A stretch of 64,000 nucleotides of DNA, taken from positions 1 to 64,000 of the forward strand of contig CBDEUM010000030.1 of the NCBI GenBank assembly GCA_965242925.1. The letters run 5' to 3'. The notes under the pieces are model-generated. The model had not been told where the DNA came from and made no database searches. It saw nothing but the letters and a program-made list of their open reading frames with translations. Both the position numbers and the translations under genes were made by a program. This DNA is from Roseibacillus sp. (GTDB taxonomy: Bacteria; Verrucomicrobiota; Verrucomicrobiia; Verrucomicrobiales; Akkermansiaceae). Shown piece after piece: positions 41,799 through 51,707 of the stretch. Position 1 is the first letter of the stretch; each line of letters begins with the position of its first letter.

Positions 41799-42299
41799 AT
41801 GCCTCGATCATTCGCCTTCGCCATCATCATGGCGGCTGCGCTCCTCCCGGACACTCTTGCCGCAGCCGGAAAGAAAGCGCCTGATCTGAGCGTCAGTTTC
41901 CACCTCCAGGCTGAACCGGGTGATCGCCGGGCATTCAAGCAATTGACCGCGGGAAAGGAAGTGCTGTTCAGCAAATCCGCGGAAATCAACACCAAGGATA
42001 TCGTGGCCTTCCGCCCCTTTCCTGCCGACGACGGGAATTCCTACGGGATGGTCTTCCAGCTCAACAAGACGGCCTCCAACCGGCTCCGCAACATGAGCAC
42101 GGCCCATCAGGACAAACTCCTTCTCGCCGTGATCAATGGGCAGGTCCGCGATGCGGTTCTGATTGACAAGCCGATCAATGACGGGCTCATCGTCATCTGG
42201 AAGTGGGTTTCTCTTACTGAGGTCAAGCTCGCCGACCAGCATGTCCCGCGTATCGGCGAAGATCTCAAGACCTGGAAGAAGAGAATCAAAAAGAAGTAG
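41799..42299 (+). CDS. Secreted hypothetical protein, SecD/SecF P1 head-like
   Basis: Signal peptide; MVFQLN...L..MSTAHQDKLLLAVING...I..PI..G resembles the SecDF head subdomain. Confidence 0.65.
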   Translation: MPRSFAFAIIMAAALLPDTLAAAGKKAPDLSVSFHLQAEPGDRRAFKQLTAGKEVLFSKSAEINTKDIVAFRPFPADDGNSYGMVFQLNKTASNRLRNMSTAHQDKLLLAVINGQVRDAVLIDKPINDGLIVIWKWVSLTEVKLADQHVPRIGEDLKTWKKRIKKK

Positions 42300-43345
42300 T
42301 GACTCACCTTCATTTCCGCGTCGGACTCCACCTCGTGCTTGCCTTCGCGCTGTCCTTCCTCTGCCCGGGACAGGCTCTCAAACTCCAGTTACCCACCGAT
42401 AACCGGGCCCTTCTCGACAACAATCCCGAGAAGTTCTACATGTACGTTTATCGCACCTTCGAGGGCGAGACAAGCAAGCCCTGGCAGGGCGGCGGATATG
42501 GATTTGTCCGCAACCTCCGGCGCACCCAGCAGGGAGTGGTGCCCACCCGCTTCCACGAGGGCATCGACATCCAGCCCGTCAAGCGCGACTCCGCCGGACG
42601 CCCACTCGATGACGTCAGGGCCATTGCCCTGGGCCGTGTCGTTTACGTTCAGGGCAGTGCCGGTGGTAGCAATTACGGAAAATACGTGGTGGTCGAACAC
42701 GACTGGGGTAATGGCCCTCTCCTGAGTCTATACGCTCACCTGGCCAGCGCCTCAGTGAAGGAGGGCCAACGCATCCCCGCTGGACATGTGGTGGGGCGCA
42801 TGGGTTACACCGGCGCCGGCCTCAACCGGGAGCGAGCCCACGTCCACCTTGAACTGAACATTCTCCTCTCGCTCCAGTTTGACGCCTGGCACAAGATGAA
42901 GTTCAACACCCGGAACACCCACGGCATCCATAATGGCATGAACCTTGCCGGTCTCGATGTCGCCAGCCTGCTCCTGGCGCACCATCGCGACCCCGGCATC
43001 ACCCTCCCCGGGTTCCTCGAACGCACCCCCATCTACTACAAGGTCACCTGTCCGCGCCGAGGCAAACTTGAATTGACTGATCGCTACCCGTGGATCCGAC
43101 GTGGCGCTCATCACAGGCCCAGTCCCTCCTGGGAAATTTCCTTTACCCCAGCCGGTTTCCCGCTCGCTATCGCGCCCAGCCACCGCGAAGTCCCCAAACC
43201 CCTCGTCACCTACGTACGCACCACCCAGTCGCGCCACGAATACTTCACCCTGTCCCGCGTCACCGGCAGCGGGCGCCGTGCCTCCCTCACCCGCAGCGGT
43301 CTGCAGCACCTCTCTCTCATCACCGGAGAATTCTCCAAGCAGTAA
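42299..43345 (+). CDS. M23 family metallopeptidase
   Basis: HEGID, YGKYVVVEH, YAHL and HVH motifs; signal peptide. Confidence 0.9.
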   Translation: MTHLHFRVGLHLVLAFALSFLCPGQALKLQLPTDNRALLDNNPEKFYMYVYRTFEGETSKPWQGGGYGFVRNLRRTQQGVVPTRFHEGIDIQPVKRDSAGRPLDDVRAIALGRVVYVQGSAGGSNYGKYVVVEHDWGNGPLLSLYAHLASASVKEGQRIPAGHVVGRMGYTGAGLNRERAHVHLELNILLSLQFDAWHKMKFNTRNTHGIHNGMNLAGLDVASLLLAHHRDPGITLPGFLERTPIYYKVTCPRRGKLELTDRYPWIRRGAHHRPSPSWEISFTPAGFPLAIAPSHREVPKPLVTYVRTTQSRHEYFTLSRVTGSGRRASLTRSGLQHLSLITGEFSKQ

Positions 43346-43435
43346 CAGGGATTTCAGGCGGAGCCTGCCTTCTGCCCCGCCTTATGTTATGCTCCGCGGG
43401 GTTGCCATTCCAATCGTTCACTTTCCTGCCGGATC

Positions 43436-44506
43436 ATGTCCCTCGACCATCTAGAGTCCGTCTCACTCCCAGTCGACTTCTCCGAGTTCGACGAGGTGAT
43501 CGACGTGCGCACTCCGCTTGAGTTCGAGGAAGACCACCTGCCTGGTGCACGGAATCTCCCGGTCCTCGATAACGAGCAACGGGTGAAAATCGGCGTGCTC
43601 TACCGGGAAAGTCCGTTCAAGGGCCGCAAACTCGGCGCCCGCTACATCAGTGAGTCCATCGCCAGCCATCTCGCCGGCCCCCTGAGCGGAGTTGAGCCCG
43701 GCTGGAAACCCCTGATCTACTGCTGGCGCGGCGGACAACGTTCGGCGGCCTTCGCCACTGTCCTGCGTTCGATCGGCTGGCGTGCCAGAACCCTGGAAGG
43801 CGGATACAAGGCCTATCGCCGCTTCGTGATGGACGACCTCGTTCGGCGGCTCGCCAATCCCGAATTGCAATTTCGCATCATCAGCGGCCTGACCGGCACA
43901 GGAAAGACGCGCCTCCTCGAAGCCCTGCAAAGGGAAGGTACGCAGGTCATCGACCTGGAGGCGATGGCCAACCATCGCGGCTCACTCCTTGGCATGGTTG
44001 GGCCTCAGCCGGGTCAACGCCGCTTCGAGAACCGCCTGCACGCAGCCTTGAGTCAATTCGACCCGGACCGCCCCATTTTTGCAGAGGCTGAATCCAGTCG
44101 TATTGGAAGCGTCTACCTTCCGCCCGCTCTCTGGAAGCAATTCGCCGCTTCACGCGTGATCGAACTCACCCTGCCTGTCCCGGAGCGAGTAAAACTGCTT
44201 CTGGAAGACTACCGGCACTTCCTCCAGGAACCGGAAGCCCTCTCCAGCCTCCTCGAACTGCTGGGTAAGCTGCGCGGACATGCGCAGGTCTCGGACTGGC
44301 AGGACCAGATCGCACAGGGTACCTGGCCTGAATTTGTCACCTCCCTGCTGGAGAACCACTATGACCTCTGCTACCGCCGACCGGGTTCGCCGGCCTCCAA
44401 CTACCAGGCGCCGGCAGAACAGTACGCCCTGCCGGACTGCTCCATGGAAAGCTACCACCGGGCCGCCCTCCAGCTAAGGGAATCCGAAGCTGCCTTCTCT
44501 TCATGA
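43436..44506 (+). CDS. mnmH: tRNA 2-selenouridine synthase
   Basis: Rhodanese domain (IDVRTPLEF, YCWRGGQRS, GGYKAYR) plus P-loop GLTGTGKT, DLEAMANHRGS and EAESSRIG. Confidence 0.95.
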   Translation: MSLDHLESVSLPVDFSEFDEVIDVRTPLEFEEDHLPGARNLPVLDNEQRVKIGVLYRESPFKGRKLGARYISESIASHLAGPLSGVEPGWKPLIYCWRGGQRSAAFATVLRSIGWRARTLEGGYKAYRRFVMDDLVRRLANPELQFRIISGLTGTGKTRLLEALQREGTQVIDLEAMANHRGSLLGMVGPQPGQRRFENRLHAALSQFDPDRPIFAEAESSRIGSVYLPPALWKQFAASRVIELTLPVPERVKLLLEDYRHFLQEPEALSSLLELLGKLRGHAQVSDWQDQIAQGTWPEFVTSLLENHYDLCYRRPGSPASNYQAPAEQYALPDCSMESYHRAALQLRESEAAFSS

Positions 44507-45318
44507 CGCCGCTCTTCGACGCGCACAATCACCTCCACGACGAACGACTTCTGCATCGCCTGCCCGAGCTCCTGCCGGCCATGCGGGAGGCCCGGATCGG
44601 GCATTGCATCGTCAACGGCACCTGTCAGGACGACTGGCCCCGTGTAATCTCACTGGCCCGACGGTATCCCGATCTGGTGCAGCCCTCCCTGGGCCTTCAC
44701 CCCTGGAAGATCGAAGGCCGCAGTCCTGACTGGCTGGAAAAACTGAAGTGCACCCTCGCCCAGCACTCCGGAACAATCTTCCTCGGTGAATGCGGCCTTG
44801 ACCGATGGATGAAAGAACCTCATTTCGAGGAACAAAGGGAGATATTCACGCTCCAGCTCAATCTCGCGGCGGAACACAACCTGCCACTCTCAATCCACTG
44901 TCTCCAGGCCTGGGGCCCTCTCATGGAGATCCTCCGCACCAGCAAATGCCCCGCCCGTGGCTTTCTTCTGCATTCCTACGGCGGCTCGGGCGAGCTCGTC
45001 CCCGCCCTCGCCTCGCTTGGCGCCCGATTCTCCTTTTCGGGCTATTTTCTCCAGGAGCACAAGGAAAAGGTTCGCGCCGCCTTCCGGAAGGTTCCGCCCG
45101 ATCGTCTCCTCGTCGAAACCGATGCTCCAGACATGCTCCCCCCGGACCGGCACCAGGAGCACCTCCTCCGCGACCACGAAGGCCAACCCCTCAATCATCC
45201 GGCCAACCTGCCCCAGATCGTCAGTGGTCTGGCACACGTGCTGGGGCAGGCTGAATCCGACCTCCGAGTTCTCCTTGCCGACAATTTTCGCCGATTTTTC
45301 GGCCTGGAAACCCTCTGA
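44503..45318 (+). CDS. tatD: TatD family hydrolase
   Basis: DAHNH, GLHPW, GECGLD, SIHC, LHS and ETDAPD motifs; ATGA overlap with mnmH. Confidence 0.92.
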   Translation: MTPLFDAHNHLHDERLLHRLPELLPAMREARIGHCIVNGTCQDDWPRVISLARRYPDLVQPSLGLHPWKIEGRSPDWLEKLKCTLAQHSGTIFLGECGLDRWMKEPHFEEQREIFTLQLNLAAEHNLPLSIHCLQAWGPLMEILRTSKCPARGFLLHSYGGSGELVPALASLGARFSFSGYFLQEHKEKVRAAFRKVPPDRLLVETDAPDMLPPDRHQEHLLRDHEGQPLNHPANLPQIVSGLAHVLGQAESDLRVLLADNFRRFFGLETL

Positions 45319-45391
45319 GTGAAACCCTGGCAGATTGGAGGGCCCCCGGGGATTTCGATAGAATTGCCTCTCAGACTTTGTAAGGTCCATC

Positions 45392-47674
45392 ATGTCCTTG
45401 CTCCGACGGTTTTCGTTTCTCGTCCTCCCAATCACCCTCATCTCCTCCCTCGCCGGCCAGCAGGGCGACCGGCAGGGTCACAACATGACCAGCTTTGTCC
45501 CTGAAGATGTGATTCCGCCAGCGCCCTTCCTCAAGGTTGAGGATGCCCTCAAGTCCTTCCAACTCGCTCCCGGCTTCATCATCGAGGAGGTCGCTTCCGA
45601 ACCCCTGGTCGACATGCCATGCATGCTCAAATTCGACGGCGACGGGCAGATGTGGATCTGCGAACTGGTCGGATACATGCCCGATGTGGATGGCAAAGGT
45701 GAGAACATTGCCCAGGGGCGCATCGTCATCCTGGCGGACAGTGACAATGATGGCAGGGCGGACAAGCGCTCGATTTTCCTCGAGAAACTTCTTCTCCCCC
45801 GCAGCCTCTACCTTCTCGATGACGGCATCCTGTGGGCCAACCAGGAGAGCCTGTTCTTCCAAGGCCGTAACGGCAACAAACCGGTTGGTGAACGGGTATT
45901 GGTGGATAAGGACTACGCACGGGGAGGCAACGTGGAGCACAAAGCCAACAGTCTCGTCCTCGGACTCGATAACTGGATCTACAACGCCAAGTCGGATCGC
46001 CGCTATAAAAGAACCAAGGACGGATGGGTCATGGAAAAAACCCATTTCCGCGGGCAATGGGGCATCGACCGTGACGACTATGGACGCCTCTTCCACAACA
46101 GCAACAGCACCCTCCTGGTCGGAGATTACACCTTCCCCAATGCCGTTTACGGAAACACAAACTCCAAGATGAAAGCGGGGATCGCGGCCCGCATCAGCGA
46201 CAACCGGGTCTGGCCCATCCGTGTCACACCCGGGGTCAACCGCGGCTACCAGCGCAACACCGTCTCACCTGAGAACTACAAACTCATCAATGCCACCGGC
46301 GCTTCCGGTCTCACTGTCTTCCGCGGCCACGGCCTCGGCAGAGACCTCTATGGAACCGCCTTCATCACCGAGGCCACTGGCCACCTGGTCAAGGCGATCA
46401 GCTACGAGGACGGAAACGGCAAACTGGTCGGCAAACACACCTTCGGCGAGAAGGAATTCCTCGCCTCCACTGACGAGCGCTTCCGCCCGGTCAATGCCTA
46501 TACCGCCCCAGACAACTCCCTCTACATCCTGGACATGTACCACGGGATCATCCAGCACCGGACCTATGTCACTTCCTACCTGCGCAAGCAGATCCTGAGC
46601 CGTGGACTCGACAAGCCTGGCAGCGGACATGGTCGCATCTATCGTCTGCGCCACAAGAACCAGGACCGGGGCCCGGCCCCCGGTCTCCAAAAACTCTCCG
46701 CCATCGAACTGACGAGCTACCTCAACCATCCCAATGGCTGGTGGCGGGACACGGCACAACGCCTCATCGTCGAGCGCGGCAATGAAACGACGAGGGACGC
46801 CCTTGAGGGGGTCCTGCAGGACGGCAAGCCTCTCGCCCGCCTGCACGCGCTCTGGAGCCTTGAAGGCCTCGACCTTCTCAAGGCCGGTCATATTGCAAGG
46901 GCTCTCAAGACCGGCGACGAGAAACTTTCCTCCTCTGCCCTCATGGCAGGCCTCTCGCTCGGCGAACGTGACAAGAACTCCCTCCTCCCTGCCCTTGCCT
47001 CCTTCAAGGCTGGCCGTGAGTCCTCTATCTACAAGGCTCGACTCCTCGCGGAGATCGGCACCTCCCAAGCCCTCGACGCCCTGGTGGCAGAACTCAAGCT
47101 CAATGGTGGCCATCCCCTCGTCCGGGAAGCAGCCTTCACGGGTCTCAAGGACCGTGAAGCGGTTTTCCTGGGCGTCAATAACGGACGCTACAATGAGGCC
47201 AACCTGGACAAGTGGCTGCAGGAGGCCCTCCGGAAGAACTCCAGGCAGATCAAACCACCCACCATCAAGGGCGAACACCTCGCTTCCTTCCAACGTGGAG
47301 AGAAACTCTACATGGGACGTGTCGCCTGCATAGGTTGCCACGGCGCCGAGGGCACCGGCCTTCCAAATCTCGGCCCTCCCCTCGACGAATCGGACTGGGT
47401 CAACGGTGACACCAAACGACTCGCCAAGGTCCTGCTGCACGGCCTACAGGGCCCCATCACGGTTTCCGGCCAGCCCTATTCCCCGCCCGCAGCCATGCCT
47501 GGCCTCTCCATGAACCCGACTATCTCGGACAGGGACATTGCCGATATCCTCACCTTTATCCGCCATGCCTGGAGCAACCGTTCCGGGAAGGTGGAGGAAT
47601 CCTTCATCAAGGAATACCGCGAGACTACCAGAAAACAGGGCGGGGTGCCGTATACTGAGAAAGAACTGAATTAG
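45392..47674 (+). CDS. PVC-type membrane-bound dehydrogenase-like propeller / HEAT / cytochrome c protein
   Basis: VASEPLV, GLDNWIY, FLASTDERFRPV, GRIYR, WWRDTAQRL; heme motif CIGCH with distal MP. Confidence 0.9.
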   Translation: MSLLRRFSFLVLPITLISSLAGQQGDRQGHNMTSFVPEDVIPPAPFLKVEDALKSFQLAPGFIIEEVASEPLVDMPCMLKFDGDGQMWICELVGYMPDVDGKGENIAQGRIVILADSDNDGRADKRSIFLEKLLLPRSLYLLDDGILWANQESLFFQGRNGNKPVGERVLVDKDYARGGNVEHKANSLVLGLDNWIYNAKSDRRYKRTKDGWVMEKTHFRGQWGIDRDDYGRLFHNSNSTLLVGDYTFPNAVYGNTNSKMKAGIAARISDNRVWPIRVTPGVNRGYQRNTVSPENYKLINATGASGLTVFRGHGLGRDLYGTAFITEATGHLVKAISYEDGNGKLVGKHTFGEKEFLASTDERFRPVNAYTAPDNSLYILDMYHGIIQHRTYVTSYLRKQILSRGLDKPGSGHGRIYRLRHKNQDRGPAPGLQKLSAIELTSYLNHPNGWWRDTAQRLIVERGNETTRDALEGVLQDGKPLARLHALWSLEGLDLLKAGHIARALKTGDEKLSSSALMAGLSLGERDKNSLLPALASFKAGRESSIYKARLLAEIGTSQALDALVAELKLNGGHPLVREAAFTGLKDREAVFLGVNNGRYNEANLDKWLQEALRKNSRQIKPPTIKGEHLASFQRGEKLYMGRVACIGCHGAEGTGLPNLGPPLDESDWVNGDTKRLAKVLLHGLQGPITVSGQPYSPPAAMPGLSMNPTISDRDIADILTFIRHAWSNRSGKVEESFIKEYRETTRKQGGVPYTEKELN

Positions 47675-47727
47675 CATGACCGGGATCGCCCTGGTCGATC
47701 GCCATCAGGAGACACGATCCTCCCCAG

Positions 47728-48705
47728 CTATTCCGCCCACTGTCCCACGCGCCGGAACTTTTCGTAACGCGCATTCAGCATTTCCTCATCCGATAAAGCC
47801 TCCAGCTCATCGATATGGCTGACAAGCGCAGCCTTGAGATTACCGGCCGCTGACCGGGCATCGTGATGCGCTCCCCCCTTCGGCTCGGGAACCACCTCGT
47901 CAATCAAGCTCATCCCGGCCAGATCCTCCGCCGTCAACTTCATCGCTTCGGCCGCCTCCGGTGCATGCTTACGGTGCTTCCAGAGGATGGCGGCACACCC
48001 TTCCGGACTGATCACCGAGTAGTAGGCGTTCTCCAGCATGAGAATGCGGTCGGCCACTCCTACCCCGAGAGCGCCTCCTGAGCCACCCTCGCCGACCACC
48101 GCCACCACGATTGGCGTTCTCAGATCCATCATCTCCCGCAGATTCCGCGCGATTGCCTCCGCGATATTCCGTTCCTCCGCCCCGATTCCCGGAAACGCGC
48201 CCGGGGTGTCAATCAACGAAACAACCGGAATCCTGAACTTCTCTGCCAGCTTCATGAGGCGCAGCGCCTTGCGGTATCCCTCGGGATGCGCACTGCCGAA
48301 GTTCCGCTCCAGGTTCTCCTTTGTGTTGCGGCCCTTCTGGTGCCCGATCACTACACAGCGCCGTCCATCAAGCAGGGCGAATCCACCTGGCATGGCCCGA
48401 TCGTCTCCCACCAGGCGGTCCCCATGGAGTTCGCAGAAGTCATCAAAAGCTTCGTTAAGGTAATCGAGCATGAAGGGACGGCTGATATGCCTCGCAATCA
48501 GCACACGCTGCCATGGCGTCAGGTTCTCGTAAATGCGGTTCCGCACCTCCGCCAGCTTCGCCTCCAGAGCTGCGATCTCCGCGCTGAGATCAAGCTCCTG
48601 GGAGCACGCCTTCTCGCGCATATCCTCCAACTCACTCTCGAGCTCCGCTATGGGTTTCTCGAAATCAAGTGGTTGGGGGCGCCCGCTACTGTCGTTCATT
48701 GACAC
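47728..48705 (-). CDS. accA: Acetyl-CoA carboxylase carboxyltransferase alpha subunit
   Basis: LDFEKPI, ELHGDR, PEGYRKALR, IDTPGA, GEGGSGGA, YSVISPEGCA. Confidence 0.98.
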   Translation of the reverse strand: MSMNDSSGRPQPLDFEKPIAELESELEDMREKACSQELDLSAEIAALEAKLAEVRNRIYENLTPWQRVLIARHISRPFMLDYLNEAFDDFCELHGDRLVGDDRAMPGGFALLDGRRCVVIGHQKGRNTKENLERNFGSAHPEGYRKALRLMKLAEKFRIPVVSLIDTPGAFPGIGAEERNIAEAIARNLREMMDLRTPIVVAVVGEGGSGGALGVGVADRILMLENAYYSVISPEGCAAILWKHRKHAPEAAEAMKLTAEDLAGMSLIDEVVPEPKGGAHHDARSAAGNLKAALVSHIDELEALSDEEMLNARYEKFRRVGQWAE

Positions 48706-48710
48706 ATATC

Positions 48711-49592
48711 TTACTGGTTACCGAAGCGAACTTCCACCTCGTTCCCGACTCTCAATAAGAGAGCCAACTCCTCCATGTCGGCTTCCGAAAGAAAAAAACC
48801 CCTTCCCGTGTCATCCTCCTCCGCCACCCCGCCCTGGCGCAACTGCAGGCCGCGGTGATCGAGAATGAGCACCTTTCTGGCGGTCCGGTAGCTCTGGAAC
48901 TTCACTGGTGAAACCCTTCGCCCATTCTTCAGAAGGCCGATTTTCTGCCCAATCCTGGATCGCAACTCCCCTCGCGAACCCCGGGCCCTGGCGTGGAGCA
49001 GGTTGTAGGCCTTCAGGAGACGTCCCTTCTTGTACAAGCTCAGCAGCTTGCGGGACACGTCGATCTTGATGTTGAATTTCAGGGGCAGCAGCACCAGTTC
49101 ATCTCCGGGGTAGAGCTTGTCCATCCTCTGCAACCCGTTCATATGCATGATGCAATCCAGGGTGGTCTCATGCTTGGCCGCTATCTTGGTGAAGTTGTCT
49201 CCGGATCTCACCTCATACATCGTCTTTCCCTCCATCACTTCCGTGGAGAGCAGATCGTCGAGATTCAACTCGCCCAGAATCCGGCGAGCTTCGCCCGCCG
49301 AGGACGAAGACGGGTAGACCCCCACCAGAAATTCAAGTTTTTCACGCGCTTTCTCGAACTGACCGGTTGCTAGCAACTCCCTTCCCCGCTCGAAGGCAAT
49401 TTCTCCGGGCTCCACTGTCGGGACCCTCTCCAGATCCTCCGGGGTTTCCCGCAACTGAGGCACGGCGGTCTCCTTCTTCAGCCGTTCAACCAGCGTCACC
49501 GTCGCGCCCAGCACTCCCAGCACCAGCAGGGCGGCAAGAACCTTGACGAGAGACATCATAATCTGCAGCACCCTAGTGTCCTGGAGGGACAT
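48711..49592 (-). CDS. TM + TPR + LysM protein with degenerate L,D-transpeptidase-like domain
   Basis: YEVRSGDNFTKIA...LYPGDELVL LysM; IKIDVSRKLLSLY...LKAY and L..GNEVEV YkuD-like ends. Confidence 0.8.
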   Translation of the reverse strand: MSLQDTRVLQIMMSLVKVLAALLVLGVLGATVTLVERLKKETAVPQLRETPEDLERVPTVEPGEIAFERGRELLATGQFEKAREKLEFLVGVYPSSSSAGEARRILGELNLDDLLSTEVMEGKTMYEVRSGDNFTKIAAKHETTLDCIMHMNGLQRMDKLYPGDELVLLPLKFNIKIDVSRKLLSLYKKGRLLKAYNLLHARARGSRGELRSRIGQKIGLLKNGRRVSPVKFQSYRTARKVLILDHRGLQLRQGGVAEEDDTGRGFFLSEADMEELALLLRVGNEVEVRFGNQ

Positions 49593-49641
49593 TCACTGGA
49601 CTAATCGTCTTCATCATCTGGCGAATTGGTCTGACAGGGCA

Positions 49642-50160
49642 TTAAAGCAATCCCTTGCGCTTGAAATCAAACGCATTGATCTCCGAACTCTTGTCCACGA
49701 TCTCGCAGATGAAGCGCAGAAGGCTGATCTCCCACGCATCGTCCACTCCTTCGATCACAACCTGCATCGGGTTGCCCGCCCGCCGCGCGTCATCAAGCAC
49801 CCGATCCCGCACCGCCTCCATGGAGTCGTGCAGCAACTCCTCCCGGACCTCCCCGCGCTTGAACTGGTAATTCAGGAAGGCGATCTTCGCTCCGTGCTCC
49901 TGGAGCCACTGATGGAATTTCTCTGCATCGTCACCAAAGCCCTCGAACTCGATTCCATTATAAGCCTCAGGCTTGATGATGGTCGGCTGATTGGCTTCGA
50001 CCTCCCCGCTTCGGATCCGGACCTGCCCCACCGAGTCCATCAATTCGCTCAGGAGAAGAAACTCAAAGCGCGTGTTCCCGAAAGTATCGATCCGGCGGTC
50101 CGGCTCATACAGCACACTGGTCGTCTCCAGCGCGTATTGGATATCATCGGGGGAATACAT
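49642..50160 (-). CDS. Hypothetical protein
   Basis: 172-aa ORF with ATG and normal codon usage, co-oriented between acpP and the LysM gene. Confidence 0.75.
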   Translation of the reverse strand: MYSPDDIQYALETTSVLYEPDRRIDTFGNTRFEFLLLSELMDSVGQVRIRSGEVEANQPTIIKPEAYNGIEFEGFGDDAEKFHQWLQEHGAKIAFLNYQFKRGEVREELLHDSMEAVRDRVLDDARRAGNPMQVVIEGVDDAWEISLLRFICEIVDKSSEINAFDFKRKGLL

Positions 50161-50202
50161 TCTCGGCCCTCATCATCCCCTACCCTGCCCCCTCTGACAA
50201 CG

Positions 50203-50230
50203 AAAAGGGCAGGTCCTTATGGACCCACCC
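50203..50230 (-). terminator. Probable intrinsic terminator after acpP
   Basis: Minus strand GGGTGGGTCC-ATAA-GGACCTGCCC-TTTT: 10-bp stem with two G-U pairs, then a short U tract. Confidence 0.65.
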
Positions 50231-50258
50231 CATACCTTGATCAATAGACGCAACTTCC

Positions 50259-50498
50259 TCAGGTGGCGGACTTATCCACGTAGTCTATAATATCACCAAC
50301 CGCCACCAGCTTCTCGGCCTGATCGTCCGGAACTTCGATCTCGAATGCCTCCTCGACGGCCATCACCAATTCCACCGCATCGAGGGAATCGGCCCCCAGA
50401 TCCTCAATCATTTTCGACTCCCGGGTCACCTGATCGGCGTTCACTCCGAGCTGTTCCACTATGATGCCCCTGACCTTCTCTTCACTTGATTCTGACAT
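50259..50498 (-). CDS. acpP: Acyl carrier protein
   Basis: [20 protein letters not shown] phosphopantetheine site; 79 aa. Confidence 0.98.
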   Translation of the reverse strand: MSESSEEKVRGIIVEQLGVNADQVTRESKMIEDLGADSLDAVELVMAVEEAFEIEVPDDQAEKLVAVGDIIDYVDKSAT

Positions 50499-50567
50499 GT
50501 ATCCTTCGCAATTGGTTTCTTGTTTCTGGCTTTAACCATCCTTGGCTCACTTGGCAACTCTGAAAAT

Positions 50568-51464
50568 CTACTCCTTGGGCCCATTCTCCTCTGAACCGTC
50601 CTCCCCCCGGGACTCTCCGGCGTCTTCTGCCCCGCTCTCCACCTCGTCCTCTCTCGACTCAATCAACTCGATCAGTTCGCCCCTGAAATTATCGAGAATG
50701 CGCTGGAAGAGGGCTTCCGCAGGAGATCCCTCCTCCGGTTTGAATTGTCCGTAGACCATCCCGTCGATCTTGGATTTCCTGAGTGCGCTCTCCTCCGGAG
50801 CTCCTTTCTCCCGATAGAAGAGGTAAGCCAACCCCTTGGTTCCCCACTTCCGCACATCAATCCTGCGCACCAGGCTGAAGGGAATCCTTGCTCCGTCCGG
50901 CGCATAATAGGCTTCGGCGTCCACCTTCATCGTGCGTCGCGACGTCCGGATCAGAAAAAATCCCGTGATCAACAGGAGAACTCCGCTCCCGATTCCATAA
51001 TACAGCTGCTCCTGAATCTTGGCCGCTTCATAACTCTTCTTGGGGATGGAAGAACTCCAACCCCTCTCATCAGTGTATTTCGCCCACAGGGGCGGGATCG
51101 CCTTTTTACCCTCTTCCTCCATAGCCTTCCCGTAACCGGCATAGTCATTCAGGACAACTGGCCATCTGGCATCATGTTCCACCTCCTCGGGAAGGATAAT
51201 GTCCCCCACGATCTGCTCGGGAAAGATCCTTTCGGCCTCTGCTTCCCTCCGCCAGTCCTCCGCGCTCCACTCTTTCTCACCAAACCGCTCCTTGGCTGTT
51301 TCGAAAGCCTTGTAGGTGTAATAGATCTCGTTTTTCTTGGGCCACCCGACCTTCCAGTCCTTCAAAAACAACACCAGAAACACCCCAAACATCAGGACCA
51401 TCGCCCCAGCCCTGAGATAGAACCACCTGGTGGGACGGCATTCAATGGTCTCCACTTCACTCAT
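50568..51464 (-). CDS. Hypothetical two-TM membrane protein
   Basis: Likely start ATG 51464; two TM helices flanking a loop; PH-like C-terminal part and acidic tail. Confidence 0.72.
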   Translation of the reverse strand: MSEVETIECRPTRWFYLRAGAMVLMFGVFLVLFLKDWKVGWPKKNEIYYTYKAFETAKERFGEKEWSAEDWRREAEAERIFPEQIVGDIILPEEVEHDARWPVVLNDYAGYGKAMEEEGKKAIPPLWAKYTDERGWSSSIPKKSYEAAKIQEQLYYGIGSGVLLLITGFFLIRTSRRTMKVDAEAYYAPDGARIPFSLVRRIDVRKWGTKGLAYLFYREKGAPEESALRKSKIDGMVYGQFKPEEGSPAEALFQRILDNFRGELIELIESREDEVESGAEDAGESRGEDGSEENGPKE

Positions 51465-51707
51465 TGCCGCTCCGAAGGTGCCGCTCCCGCCCCACTTGAT
51501 CAAGCGTTCAATCCGCTACCTTATGCATTTTCAGGATATTTTCCGACTATCCGGTCCCATCTTCCCATCGACGCGTCAGGGCAAGCACCTCCTCCCAGCC
51601 CTCCGCTTCATCGTGAGGATGCGGTTTCCGGTTCCCGGTTTCTTCGGAAACCCGGCTCAAAGCTCCCTTTTCCCCTTTGACATTGCCCTCCGCAAATCCG
51701 ACCTCTC

